Shown here: positions 27,294-36,670 of the stretch, one piece after another
Layout: every line of letters starts with the position of its first letter
How positions within the stretch are numbered: the stretch's first letter is position 1
Source of the DNA: a virus
Lineage: Duplodnaviria > Caudoviricetes
Virus record (IMG/VR): IMGVR_UViG_3300033145_000480
Coordinates: 1 to 46,928 of that record
DNA length: 46,928 nt
Strand: one strand, 5' to 3'
Notes under the pieces: model-generated
Told to the model about the DNA's origin: nothing
Seen by the model: the letters and a program-made list of their open reading frames with translations, nothing else
Database searches by the model: none
Position numbers and translations under genes: made by a program

Positions 27294-27328
27294 AAATCAC
27301 AAGGCGACGGCTAATCGCCCCGTGATTT
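27294..27328 (-). terminator. Stem-loop between the fibre gene and the glycosyltransferase
   Basis: Minus strand AAATCACGGGGCGA-ttagccg-TCGCCTTGTGATTT; short U run. Confidence 0.45.
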
Positions 27329-27340
27329 ATTATTCATTTG

Positions 27341-28441
27341 CTACTTCATCAATGCCAAGTTATATGTTCCGCCTGTTGTGCTCGCAACAACATAACTCGA
27401 TTCATTTAGCGTTAGAACGCTAACTGTCTGTGTCATTTTCGCTCCAGCCACCAAAATCTCAGAAGCCCTGTTGGCTATCTCTGTTTTATTGACCGCAGCA
27501 AACGATATTACCTCTGACAGTGTTTCAGAGACTGTGTTGGCAACTATGGCACCAGATACCTTCGCCGCAGAAACTAATGTCAATTCGGACAAAACCGCCG
27601 ACAACGCCTCAGAGACTGTATTAGCAACTATGGTGAGCGAATCTGCTTGTGCAGTATTCAGAGTTAACTCAGACAGATTCGATGATACAACAGCAGAAAC
27701 AGCATCTAATACCGCCGCCTCTGCGGTAACAAGTGCACTTGTTGCTGAAATCTCATTTGCATATCCAGCCAAGGCAGCAGAGTCTAGTGCGGCGATGTTT
27801 GTCTTGTTGACTGCTGCGAACGATATGACTTCTGACAGGGTTTCTGAGACCGTATTCGCAACCACGGCGCCAGACACTTTTGCCGCAGAAACCAACGTTA
27901 ACTCAGACAGAACCGCTGATAATGCTTCTGATACTGTATTGAGCACTATCGCCCCAGATACATACGCCTCTGAAACGTCATTAACGGTTGATTTTTCAAC
28001 CAGCAAATCAGATTCGCAGGCAGACAACGCCTCGGATACCGTATTGAGTACCACCGCCACAGAAGCCACTTCAGATTCTGTTAACAGTAAAATCGCTGCG
28101 CCAGAGACATACGCCTCCGAAACATCATTGACGGTTGACTTCTCGACCAACAAATCAGATTCATCTAATACAAGCGCTGCAGAAACCAAGTCAAGTTCTG
28201 CCTGACCAACCGCAGCGGTTGAAATTACAAAGCTTGCAACGAGATTAGTTCCTGTGTTGGAATATACTGTGCCAGCGGTAGTGTGCCAAAATTGACAGCC
28301 AATACCATAGCCTGCTCCTGTTGGAACGGAATCGCCCCATGCAATCATAAAACCGATACCATCTACCTGCCAAGCTCTTCCAGAACCGGAAAATATAGCT
28401 TCCTCGCTTTCGAGTTTGGTTGGTATATTGTGTGCACCCAA
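27341..28441 (-). CDS. Putative head fibre / coiled-coil virion protein with Ala/Ser/Val heptad repeats
   Basis: TTG start with AGAGGT SD; small N-terminal domain then 7-residue periodic repeats (NTVSEAL SAVLSEL TLVSAAK VSGAVVA). Confidence 0.65.
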   Translation of the reverse strand: MGAHNIPTKLESEEAIFSGSGRAWQVDGIGFMIAWGDSVPTGAGYGIGCQFWHTTAGTVYSNTGTNLVASFVISTAAVGQAELDLVSAALVLDESDLLVEKSTVNDVSEAYVSGAAILLLTESEVASVAVVLNTVSEALSACESDLLVEKSTVNDVSEAYVSGAIVLNTVSEALSAVLSELTLVSAAKVSGAVVANTVSETLSEVISFAAVNKTNIAALDSAALAGYANEISATSALVTAEAAVLDAVSAVVSSNLSELTLNTAQADSLTIVANTVSEALSAVLSELTLVSAAKVSGAIVANTVSETLSEVISFAAVNKTEIANRASEILVAGAKMTQTVSVLTLNESSYVVASTTGGTYNLALMK

Positions 28442-28465
28442 AGTACACCTCTCTTTCTTTGATAA

Positions 28466-28987
28466 TTATCCTGTTATTTTTAATGAGCCTTTAATTTGGG
28501 CGTGCTTACCCACATTACATCTAACATGTGCGGCCTGCACATTCAGAAGATTATCGTTTCCGCCTTTACTTAACGGAATTATATGGTCGATACTCTTAGA
28601 ACGCGGATGTGGCCATTTTAATCTTTTGTTGATTTTCTGACCACAAATGCCACAAATCCAACCATCACGCTCAAAAACATAGTTGGAATTGTATGATTTA
28701 TGGTGCGCACCAAATTTCAAAGCTCTACGCTTTCTGTTATTAATCGCAATTTTTTCCCTGTTGTTTTGACGATAAATTTTTCTGACAGCCTTTATTTTCT
28801 TTGAGTTGGCAAGGCGATACGCCTTTACCTTTTCTTTGTTGGCAAGGCGATAATTTTTATCGTATATCTTCTTTGCTTCCTTATTGGAAAGACTGTACGC
28901 TTTGATGTACCTTTTTAATTTTTCCTTATTTGCAAGACGATAAGCCCTATTATATGCTTTTTGCTTATTTTTGTCTTTGTAAGGCAT
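28466..28987 (-). CDS. HNH endonuclease (probably homing)
   Basis: YRLANKEK repeats, then VFERDGWICGICG...IDHIIPLSKGG.D...NVQAAH..CN..K. Confidence 0.9.
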   Translation of the reverse strand: MPYKDKNKQKAYNRAYRLANKEKLKRYIKAYSLSNKEAKKIYDKNYRLANKEKVKAYRLANSKKIKAVRKIYRQNNREKIAINNRKRRALKFGAHHKSYNSNYVFERDGWICGICGQKINKRLKWPHPRSKSIDHIIPLSKGGNDNLLNVQAAHVRCNVGKHAQIKGSLKITG

Positions 28988-29022
28988 TTTTTCTTTCCAT
29001 TATGCGATTATTTAACAAGGGC

Positions 29023-29060
29023 GTTTGAGGAAGCCCGGCGTAACCGGAACTCCCTCAAAC
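29023..29060 (-). promoter_or_regulatory. Stem-loop upstream of the HNH gene
   Basis: Minus strand GTTTGAGGGAGTTCCGG-ttacg-CCGGGCTTCCTCAAAC. Confidence 0.45.
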
Positions 29061-29074
29061 AAAACCCAAACTGT

Positions 29075-30211
29075 TTATGCTATTGTAGCGCCGATGTTAT
29101 GCAGTTCATGCCATAATCCACCTGTCGCATTTCCGATGTTACCAGCCCATTGAACAACAATAGTTTCCAATGCTGCATCAACGAGGCAAGTTGCAATCGC
29201 TGTTGAATGGTCTTCCTGCACGCCACTCGTAAACGTAACCTTGTAGCCTTTCGTGGTCAATGTGCCGAGTCCGCCAAAGCCTTTTAGTTGGCCTTCAACT
29301 AATCCATCAGCAAGTACAGCAGTTGAATCTGCCGCCATTGTATAACCACCACAAGCCAGTGTTACGCCACCAATCATTGATTGTACCGCTACAGCATCTT
29401 GCGGAGTGACAATCTCTAACAGGCCAGACTCTTGACCGTCTTCAAGGTAAGCCAGAATCAGTAAATCCTTTTTGGTGACAGTGATTGCAACATCACAATC
29501 GCCTATATCGCCAGATATAGTAAAGGTGTTTGCACTAACCGCTTCAACAACTGGATAGACGCCCTTGGTAACCAATTCGCCATCGGTAGCATCGCCACCA
29601 TGAGTGTCGTCGGCTCCGCCAAGCACCGTAACTTCAAAGTCTGTCGCTGTAATGTCGTCATCGCCGTAACCAACCGCAGTGCCACCCGCAACGGATGTTA
29701 TAGTTGTCAGGCCAGTCGATGAACTGTACGAAGACGTAGAAACTCCTGTTAGAATTGTGTGTGCCAAATCGCCGCCCGCTGCAGCAGTCAAAGTCTGAAG
29801 CGGTATAGCTGAACCTCTACCAGAGAAGCCTCTTAAGCCCCATATTCCAGTGTCGGCACCACCTGCATGACAGGCCAATGATTCACCATTAATCGTTGCA
29901 GCAAATCGTGCCGCAACCATAGCACATCCACCTGGAAGACTAAGCTCTACAATTTGTCCGGCAGGTCGTGCGGGATAGTCTTGTGTCAAAACACCGGCAA
30001 ATGCCATATTGTTAGTGCTGGAAGGCTTTTGAACCACCTTCATACCACGCTTGCCAAATGGGTCAGTTGCCGTTTCGCCTGTGTCAGTTGTGGCGTAGTC
30101 TAAATCAAAGCACATGCCATGGCCCTTTTTGAGGGCTGTAGTCTCCGTGCACCAAAATACACCTTTACTTGAACCTGCTTGTTTGATATAATTTGTTAAA
30201 TTTCTTAGCAT
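29075..30211 (-). CDS. Capsid decoration / cement-like protein
   Basis: G/A/T-rich 378 aa protein directly after the capsid gene. Confidence 0.55.
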   Translation of the reverse strand: MLRNLTNYIKQAGSSKGVFWCTETTALKKGHGMCFDLDYATTDTGETATDPFGKRGMKVVQKPSSTNNMAFAGVLTQDYPARPAGQIVELSLPGGCAMVAARFAATINGESLACHAGGADTGIWGLRGFSGRGSAIPLQTLTAAAGGDLAHTILTGVSTSSYSSSTGLTTITSVAGGTAVGYGDDDITATDFEVTVLGGADDTHGGDATDGELVTKGVYPVVEAVSANTFTISGDIGDCDVAITVTKKDLLILAYLEDGQESGLLEIVTPQDAVAVQSMIGGVTLACGGYTMAADSTAVLADGLVEGQLKGFGGLGTLTTKGYKVTFTSGVQEDHSTAIATCLVDAALETIVVQWAGNIGNATGGLWHELHNIGATIA

Positions 30212-30275
30212 TATTAAACTCCTTGTGTTAAAAGTTTCTCGCTGTTATTTGCGTTTGCCCGCTTTCACAACGTCT

Positions 30276-31337
30276 CTATTTTGAGATAACAAAATTGTTT
30301 CTCCTGTTAGTGCAAAGGAACTGCACTGCGTGGTCAAGGTGAGCCTGAAATACACGGTGCTGGTTTGGAGCCTCTTTGAAGTCGCCTAACCGCATATTGT
30401 CGCCTTTACGTGTCAAAGCATGGAACGTGTGCATGTCCAAACCATAAACTGGGTCTGTACTGTCGTCGTCAAGTCCCTCGGCCCAGAAGAATGGTTTGCG
30501 TTTGAACAGAATCTCGCCATCTTCATCGCGCCGCAATCCACTTCCTGCTGTATACGGCGCAATATCGCGACCAAGATTCTCATTCTGGCCTTCACCAATA
30601 TTCTCAAGACTACCAAGCGTGTTCTCGTTTACAAGATAAACCCTACGATCAGTAGAGTCGCCTTCAAATTGTTTCATCTTCTTGGGGCTACGCCATTTGA
30701 CTTGCCTGTGTGCCGTTCTCAATAAAGTAACAAGATCGGCCTTGCTGACAGTAGCATACTGCGCGGTGTAATTCTTGAACGCAGGAACATCGGTCAGATT
30801 AATATTAGCAATAGTAGAAAAGCCTGCCGGCAGTCCACCGTTAAAGCCAGCTGTTGCGTTCTTAACTATCCAATACTTCAAACCCCACGGAGTCAACGTG
30901 TCGTCCGAATCTGGTGTAGCGAAGAATTTTTCTTCCATTGTCTCCGCTATACGCAAATACATTGCGCGCCGTCTCGGTAGAATAACATCATTGATTCTGT
31001 CCTGACCTCTATTGGCAAGAATTTCCGACCTCGTATAAGCAAGATTGTCTGTGAGCAGTGTGAAGAACAGTCGCATTTTCTTCAGGTGGTCAGTGACCAA
31101 TACGACATCTTCGTCATACTCGCCAACAAAACGACTGCGGCCGCCATGCTCGACCATTAATGTTTCTTCGATTCCAACACCACTCTTTTTGACTATCTGA
31201 CCGCCTCTTTTGGTCAAAAGCCACGGCACAACGAGATAGTCATGCAACTCTTGAGAAATGTCTATAAACTTTCCTCTCGGAATACTGTTGTACGTTGTCG
31301 TCAACAGGTCCGATATGTCTCTGTCCTGAATAGGCAT
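30276..31337 (-). CDS. Major capsid protein
   Basis: 353 aa, follows the scaffold; DLLTTT...PWGLKYWI...C.NRR.N.VI pattern of HK97-fold podovirus capsids. Confidence 0.8.
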   Translation of the reverse strand: MPIQDRDISDLLTTTYNSIPRGKFIDISQELHDYLVVPWLLTKRGGQIVKKSGVGIEETLMVEHGGRSRFVGEYDEDVVLVTDHLKKMRLFFTLLTDNLAYTRSEILANRGQDRINDVILPRRRAMYLRIAETMEEKFFATPDSDDTLTPWGLKYWIVKNATAGFNGGLPAGFSTIANINLTDVPAFKNYTAQYATVSKADLVTLLRTAHRQVKWRSPKKMKQFEGDSTDRRVYLVNENTLGSLENIGEGQNENLGRDIAPYTAGSGLRRDEDGEILFKRKPFFWAEGLDDDSTDPVYGLDMHTFHALTRKGDNMRLGDFKEAPNQHRVFQAHLDHAVQFLCTNRRNNFVISK

Positions 31338-31371
31338 AATTGTTTGTCCTTTCTATTACGAATAGACCGGC

Positions 31372-32391
31372 TCAGTCCGTTTCATCTATCTTTTTGTCAA
31401 AATCCCTGTTTGCTTGAACCGCTGTATCCATTCCGGTAGCTGTCTTGCCCCTTCCCGAAGCTCGACCCAAAGCTTGTTTTGACTGTTTAGTCAACTTGCT
31501 TTTGGTCGTCGAGATTGCGGCCTGTGCCACCTTGTCTCCATGTAAGTTGTTAATCGCTCTCTTGAAGAGCGCTTCTCTGATAGGGACTGATTGCCTTGTG
31601 ACCTTATAGCCTTGTGCCATTGCCAACATCTCATTAAAGACAGCGGTGCGGTTTTCTAATTCAGCACTACCTTTGGCAAAATCTTCTATAGTCCCTTTAC
31701 CTAATACTTCTTTGAAATCATCGCCCAAACTATTAAACTGTTCGTCAAGCCACTTTGTATTTTCAACATTAGTCTGTCGATCAATTTCGGCAGTCCTGTC
31801 ATTACCAGACTTTTTTAATTCTTCAAGTCCGGCTTGTAGCTCTTTGTTCTCGTTTCTTAACTTTTTGTTTTCGTCAAATTGTTTCTGCCCGGATTTGTTA
31901 ATGGCATCAACGAGAGCAGGGTCAAAGTCTTCCTTAGACAATCCACTGTCGTAAGGTTTTTCTTCTTCCTCTTTTTCTTCAGTTTTCCTGGACTGGTGTT
32001 CCTCGAAAATATTCAAACTGTTTTCAAGGTCTACTGCACTACTGAATCCACGGGCTTCGCTTAAAGTAAGTCCTGCGTTCAGTGCGCGTTCAAGAAGGGA
32101 ATTGTCAAATGGATCATCCTTCTCTTTTTCAACCGCTTTCTCTTCGACTTTTTCTTCTACTTTGTCGGCATTATCATCGGTTTTATCTTCGGCCTTTTCG
32201 TTGGTTTCATCTTCAGTCTCATCTTCGGCCTTTTCATCGGCGGCATTTTCTTCATCGCCGGGTTCTTCGTCTTTTTCTATCTGATCATCAAATTTTTTGT
32301 TTACATCAATTGCTTCTTGTAAAAGCTCTTCAGTTTTTTCTTCAGTCTCATCAACCTTTACATCTTCAATTTTTTCATTTGGGTCTTGCAT
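31372..32391 (-). CDS. Capsid scaffolding protein
   Basis: Very acidic N terminus plus coiled coil, between portal and capsid; start MQDPNE at 32391 with AAAGGAG SD. Confidence 0.75.
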   Translation of the reverse strand: MQDPNEKIEDVKVDETEEKTEELLQEAIDVNKKFDDQIEKDEEPGDEENAADEKAEDETEDETNEKAEDKTDDNADKVEEKVEEKAVEKEKDDPFDNSLLERALNAGLTLSEARGFSSAVDLENSLNIFEEHQSRKTEEKEEEEKPYDSGLSKEDFDPALVDAINKSGQKQFDENKKLRNENKELQAGLEELKKSGNDRTAEIDRQTNVENTKWLDEQFNSLGDDFKEVLGKGTIEDFAKGSAELENRTAVFNEMLAMAQGYKVTRQSVPIREALFKRAINNLHGDKVAQAAISTTKSKLTKQSKQALGRASGRGKTATGMDTAVQANRDFDKKIDETD

Positions 32392-32413
32392 AATTTCTCC
32401 TTTGGGTTTGGGT

Positions 32414-32785
32414 TTACCTATTGTCTGGCATTGGGTCGCCATAGCCGCCATTACGGTCATACATTCCATGTAACTTGCAATAATCTCTTCTGTGTCTCTT
32501 GCTGGTGAACACGGGGTCGCCGTCCTTGCTATACTCGGTTGGCACACCACCTGCGGCATCAATCTTTTTAAACTCAGGTATTTCCTCGGCACTAATACCA
32601 GCCGCATAAGAAGTCATAGGCCAATCGCCCGGAGTATGCTCTATACCGCCCTGCTCAAGATGAAAGTCTCTATACATCTCGACCCCGCAGTTAGGACAGT
32701 TTTCCAGCTCTTTACATTTTGCCATTGGCTTAGTAACCCCAACGGCCTTTTCGCAATCTGGACATAGATAACAATAATCTGGCAT
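32414..32785 (-). CDS. FmdB-like zinc-ribbon protein
   Basis: MPDYCYLCPDC...CPNCG..M.R; common between portal and scaffold. Confidence 0.75.
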   Translation of the reverse strand: MPDYCYLCPDCEKAVGVTKPMAKCKELENCPNCGVEMYRDFHLEQGGIEHTPGDWPMTSYAAGISAEEIPEFKKIDAAGGVPTEYSKDGDPVFTSKRHRRDYCKLHGMYDRNGGYGDPMPDNR

Positions 32786-32964
32786 TATCTTGCTCCATAA
32801 CTTAATAACCAGCCAACAACTAAACACAGTGCCGCAAATCCGATTGTAGCCCAATGCGGCAATCTGTTTCGCACCTTCTCAAGTAACTCATAAATCTTGT
32901 CGATATTATCTTCGTTTCTTGTTATTCTTGTGTCGTGTGCTTCGTGCATTTCACATTTTTCCAT
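32785..32964 (-). CDS. Small protein with C-terminal TM helix (XhlA/holin-like, 59 aa)
   Basis: AAGGAG SD; MEKCEMHEAHDTRITRNEDNIDKIYELLEKVRNRLPHWATIGFAALCLVVGWLLSYGAR; TAATG overlap with next gene. Confidence 0.6.
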   Translation of the reverse strand: MEKCEMHEAHDTRITRNEDNIDKIYELLEKVRNRLPHWATIGFAALCLVVGWLLSYGAR

Positions 32965-32973
32965 GACTACTCC

Positions 32974-34767
32974 TTATCCTGTTGGTCTTGTTAAAGAGGC
33001 TGTCTCTGAATTTTGCGGTTTACCGCCAAACAATGCGTTTTGCATAATTTGAGATTTACCCGAATCGCTTGCCCCCGGTATTGAACGTCTGGTATAATTA
33101 CGATTTGTTGTTGTTGCTTTTTGTGGCGGTTGCCCTACTGGTTCTCCTGGGCTAAGGTGTGGGTCTGCGTAAGTTAGAATATCATCCAACTCAGGCAGGT
33201 TAGCAAGTTTGCCTATCTTCCTAAACAATGCTTCAAGGTCTATTGATATGCCTTGCTGTTGCATCATGGGAATCAGTGGTGCAACGAACTCGCCAAATAT
33301 GGTTCTCAGTCCCATCAATTTAGACTCTGGTGTTTGGTGCTGCATTGAGTAGGGTTGTATGTCGGTATTGTATTCGAGAAAATCAGCCTCCCTATCTTGT
33401 GGCGAAAATGTTATCGGGACGGTTATATCTTCGAAGCCCTCTACCCGCTTTACCAGTGGAATATTTATATATGGGTCTGTCCACAAATAATAACAAAGGT
33501 CTCTAACGATTCCTTTGGTGAATTTTATAACCTCGGCCTGCATTCTTTGAATTCTCATCGAAGCACTTGCTGACAATAACTGGTCTTGGCCTAAAGTTTC
33601 TGATTGCGGCCCCAAGCCCCCTAACATGTCAAGATTTCCTGCAAAGAAACTAAACAGGTCTTTGGTCAACAGCCAAAACCCTAATGTTTGCTGCGATATA
33701 CCACCGGTATGAATATCGGCCACATTCTTTGGGTCGTCAACTGCAACCATATCGCCATCATTAGCGTCACGCAAATTTATAGCATCTTTCTCTCCACCAC
33801 TTCTTACGCCATGCACAGTTTTTTCTCTATCCGCCTGTCTTCCCAGTTTACGAAACAGCCCATTAGCCAATTCATGCAAGTCTTTCCAGTGCATTGCCGG
33901 CGCTATCGGCATTGTATTATTCTCTATCTTAGAAAATCCGAGCTTATGATATGGGCCTCGCTCAGGGCCATCCCATTCTATTACATTAAACACTTCATCT
34001 ATCGGGTCAGTATCGTCATCCGAGGCCAGACATTGCAAAACAAGATTTTGTTTAGGGAGCCACAAATCAAGACATCGTACAGTTTCGCGAAACTCTTCTC
34101 GCTGTGTTGATTTCTGTCCTTCGGATATATCATGGTCTCTGTCGAGTGGAAGTTGTTCTTTAGTTGTAATTATTTTTTTGTGGAATTTTTTTGGTATAAT
34201 TTCTTGTGCTTCGTCAACTGTAATGGTGTAAAAGTTTCCTTCGTACTGACCGTTCTCTGCCCTGTCAACAGTCATGTCCCAAACCCAATCTTCAAGACTG
34301 ATATAATCTGCAAATGGCTGGCCGGCATCATGCAAGTACCCTCCGACCTCCACTTGTGTACGATTCAACCCAACCTTAACAATGCCCATTGATAACATTG
34401 CGCCTGTTACTGCCATCTGTAGAGTAGAGGCAAGATCAATCTCATTAATAAGGTGGTCTCCAGCCATCTCAAATCGCGTGGCCATTTCTTTGAGCTGCTT
34501 ATAGTCAGTTGTAATACTTACGGCCGGTTCCTTTGCCACAAGCCTTTGTAAATAAATATTCATGGCAAGTTCAATAAGGTTTACAGGCACTTTGTCGGCA
34601 GACCCATTATCGGAATAATTTATACCAACATATTCGCGCATAAGCAAAAGTCTTTTGTCGCGGAATGTTTTTAACTGTTCACGACTATATCCTATCGCAG
34701 CAGACAATTGGGTTATATCCCCTGTGTCTTTAGGATCAAAATTACTTACATTTAGTTCGTCTTGCAT
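32974..34767 (-). CDS. Portal protein
   Basis: 597 aa directly after the terminase; VPVNLIE..., GIVKVG and SETLGQDQLL (TATE-like) motifs of P22-type portals. Confidence 0.85.
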   Translation of the reverse strand: MQDELNVSNFDPKDTGDITQLSAAIGYSREQLKTFRDKRLLLMREYVGINYSDNGSADKVPVNLIELAMNIYLQRLVAKEPAVSITTDYKQLKEMATRFEMAGDHLINEIDLASTLQMAVTGAMLSMGIVKVGLNRTQVEVGGYLHDAGQPFADYISLEDWVWDMTVDRAENGQYEGNFYTITVDEAQEIIPKKFHKKIITTKEQLPLDRDHDISEGQKSTQREEFRETVRCLDLWLPKQNLVLQCLASDDDTDPIDEVFNVIEWDGPERGPYHKLGFSKIENNTMPIAPAMHWKDLHELANGLFRKLGRQADREKTVHGVRSGGEKDAINLRDANDGDMVAVDDPKNVADIHTGGISQQTLGFWLLTKDLFSFFAGNLDMLGGLGPQSETLGQDQLLSASASMRIQRMQAEVIKFTKGIVRDLCYYLWTDPYINIPLVKRVEGFEDITVPITFSPQDREADFLEYNTDIQPYSMQHQTPESKLMGLRTIFGEFVAPLIPMMQQQGISIDLEALFRKIGKLANLPELDDILTYADPHLSPGEPVGQPPQKATTTNRNYTRRSIPGASDSGKSQIMQNALFGGKPQNSETASLTRPTG

Positions 34768-34774
34768 TTTTATA

Positions 34775-36670
34775 TTACCATTCCGTTTCTTTTTTCAGTT
34801 TGAGTTCATATTCCCGATTGCGTGCAGCATAACAGTTTTTAGGCATCTTTTGTTCCGTCCCATCTTTTTGGTTTCCTAAAAGCTTGATAAGTTTATTCAC
34901 CAAAGCGTCAGCCGTAGTGCGGTCTCCATGGCTTGCCCTTGCACCAGATGGGTCAATGTTATTAAGCGAAGCAGAATGCTCAATTGCATTATTTGTTGTA
35001 AAAACAAAAGATAGACATTCCTGATTCGCTTCGTGACTTCGCTGAATAAAAGTTCTTTCACTTAACGACCGCCTATACGAACCTAATGTATTCCTTTTTT
35101 CGGTTGGATTCAAAAACACGCCTGGAATATCAGACACCTTTTTGGTGATACTTTTTTCATTTCGCTTATAGTATATTTTGCGATAACCAAGCTCGATAAC
35201 TGTTTCGCCGAAAGTACCACCTGGCCCACCCGCATCCCATATCATAAAGGCATTATTAAACCACTTGGCCGTTGCTATGCTCAACTTCGCAAAACCTTCC
35301 GGTCTGATATTAGGGTCTGCAAACTCCGCAATCTTTTCGCCAGTCAGTAAATTTACATAACTTGTAGCGGAGTTACTTGCTCCAGTGCCAGTTGATATGT
35401 CGTGTCCAGCGCCAACCTCAAGCTCTACAGGCAATTTGCCGTAGTTGTCTGGATGTATCCATAGCTTCAAAGGCCCATTCTCGGCTTCAACGAATCCAAT
35501 AGGTTCAAAGTTGTCCTCGTTAAATTCAAGATAACCCTGGTGGTAAGGCAGGCGGACACATTCTTTTTCTATTTCCTGAAGCATAAATGGATCGAAAAAC
35601 TGGAAGTCTGAAGAAAATGGGTCCATATCCAATTCTTGTGCGATTTCCATCGGATGTACTGCACGGTCACATTCTACATCGTACCACGGAGACCTTAATC
35701 CACCGTCCAAACGGAACGGATATTCATCGGGGAATACCACCTCCACGCCGTCATGCAACCGAACCTTGCCGTGAAATTCATTAACAATAATACGTTGGCC
35801 GTCTTTGAAATAATACAAACCCCTCGCTTTTTCAGGATGAAGCGACCAGTGCAATACGAGTTTGCGAATCTTACCTACACTTAATCTATAAAATGCGGTA
35901 CTGGCTCCTTTATGGGTTGAATTAAACAGTCTGCACTTAGTAACATCTCGCGTTGACGAAAGCACGGCATCACCCTCGACAACCGCTGCGAACTCATCTA
36001 TTAGCATTGCTGTGCATCGTCCACCACGTGCCGCATCACCGGTAGTAGAACATCCATCCATTGTTGAATCATTATCAAGATTCTTAAGGTGTAAATGGGT
36101 CTTGTTATATTCAGGCCGCATCCAACTTGGCAAGTGCTTAATAATAAACATTACTTTCCAGAATAGCGCATCAGGGTCTTCGGTCTTATCCACAAGGTCT
36201 TCGTTACGACTCATCATGCGAAAAGCTTGATATTGGCGAAACAACCAAAGCCAAGCTATAACAATGAGATAACCCCATGAGGCACCCATATCACGACTCT
36301 TCTCAGATAACTCATCAAAGCCCAATTCTATAGCGTCTTTTATCTCATCAAACGCCGGGTCTTGAAATGGATACGTAATCCAGGGTATAACAGTCGATTT
36401 TGGCACTAATCGTGGATTGTATGTCATTACAAAAGTATTAACCCAAAACAACAAGTCTCGTGAGCACATCACCCAAAGCTCATTGGCATATGCAGGGTCT
36501 TCTTTTGCCCTTTCAATACACCTACGGCGATATTGGACATTGCCACCGCTTGTTTTGTAGCCAGGCACATTATCACAAGCCCAACTATAAAACGGATATT
36601 TTTCCCTGATCGTCGAGGCTCTCTGCCTGTAATCGGTCAAGGAGGTCAGAAGTTGATCTACCGTCATCAT
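34775..36670 (-). CDS. terL: Terminase large subunit
   Basis: EKSRDMGASW Walker A variant, MLIDEFA Walker B, ST..G coupling motif, GHDISTG nuclease Asp, HGD...AD. Confidence 0.9.
   Translation of the reverse strand: MMTVDQLLTSLTDYRQRASTIREKYPFYSWACDNVPGYKTSGGNVQYRRRCIERAKEDPAYANELWVMCSRDLLFWVNTFVMTYNPRLVPKSTVIPWITYPFQDPAFDEIKDAIELGFDELSEKSRDMGASWGYLIVIAWLWLFRQYQAFRMMSRNEDLVDKTEDPDALFWKVMFIIKHLPSWMRPEYNKTHLHLKNLDNDSTMDGCSTTGDAARGGRCTAMLIDEFAAVVEGDAVLSSTRDVTKCRLFNSTHKGASTAFYRLSVGKIRKLVLHWSLHPEKARGLYYFKDGQRIIVNEFHGKVRLHDGVEVVFPDEYPFRLDGGLRSPWYDVECDRAVHPMEIAQELDMDPFSSDFQFFDPFMLQEIEKECVRLPYHQGYLEFNEDNFEPIGFVEAENGPLKLWIHPDNYGKLPVELEVGAGHDISTGTGASNSATSYVNLLTGEKIAEFADPNIRPEGFAKLSIATAKWFNNAFMIWDAGGPGGTFGETVIELGYRKIYYKRNEKSITKKVSDIPGVFLNPTEKRNTLGSYRRSLSERTFIQRSHEANQECLSFVFTTNNAIEHSASLNNIDPSGARASHGDRTTADALVNKLIKLLGNQKDGTEQKMPKNCYAARNREYELKLKKETEW

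Noticed and set aside
27471-28205. 244 aa plus-strand ORF
   Set aside because: Antisense shadow of the Ala/Ser/Val repeat gene; no SD and wrong strand for the operon.
31372-32607. 411 aa long version of the scaffold ORF
   Set aside because: The extension overlaps the zinc-ribbon gene; the SD supports a start at 32391.
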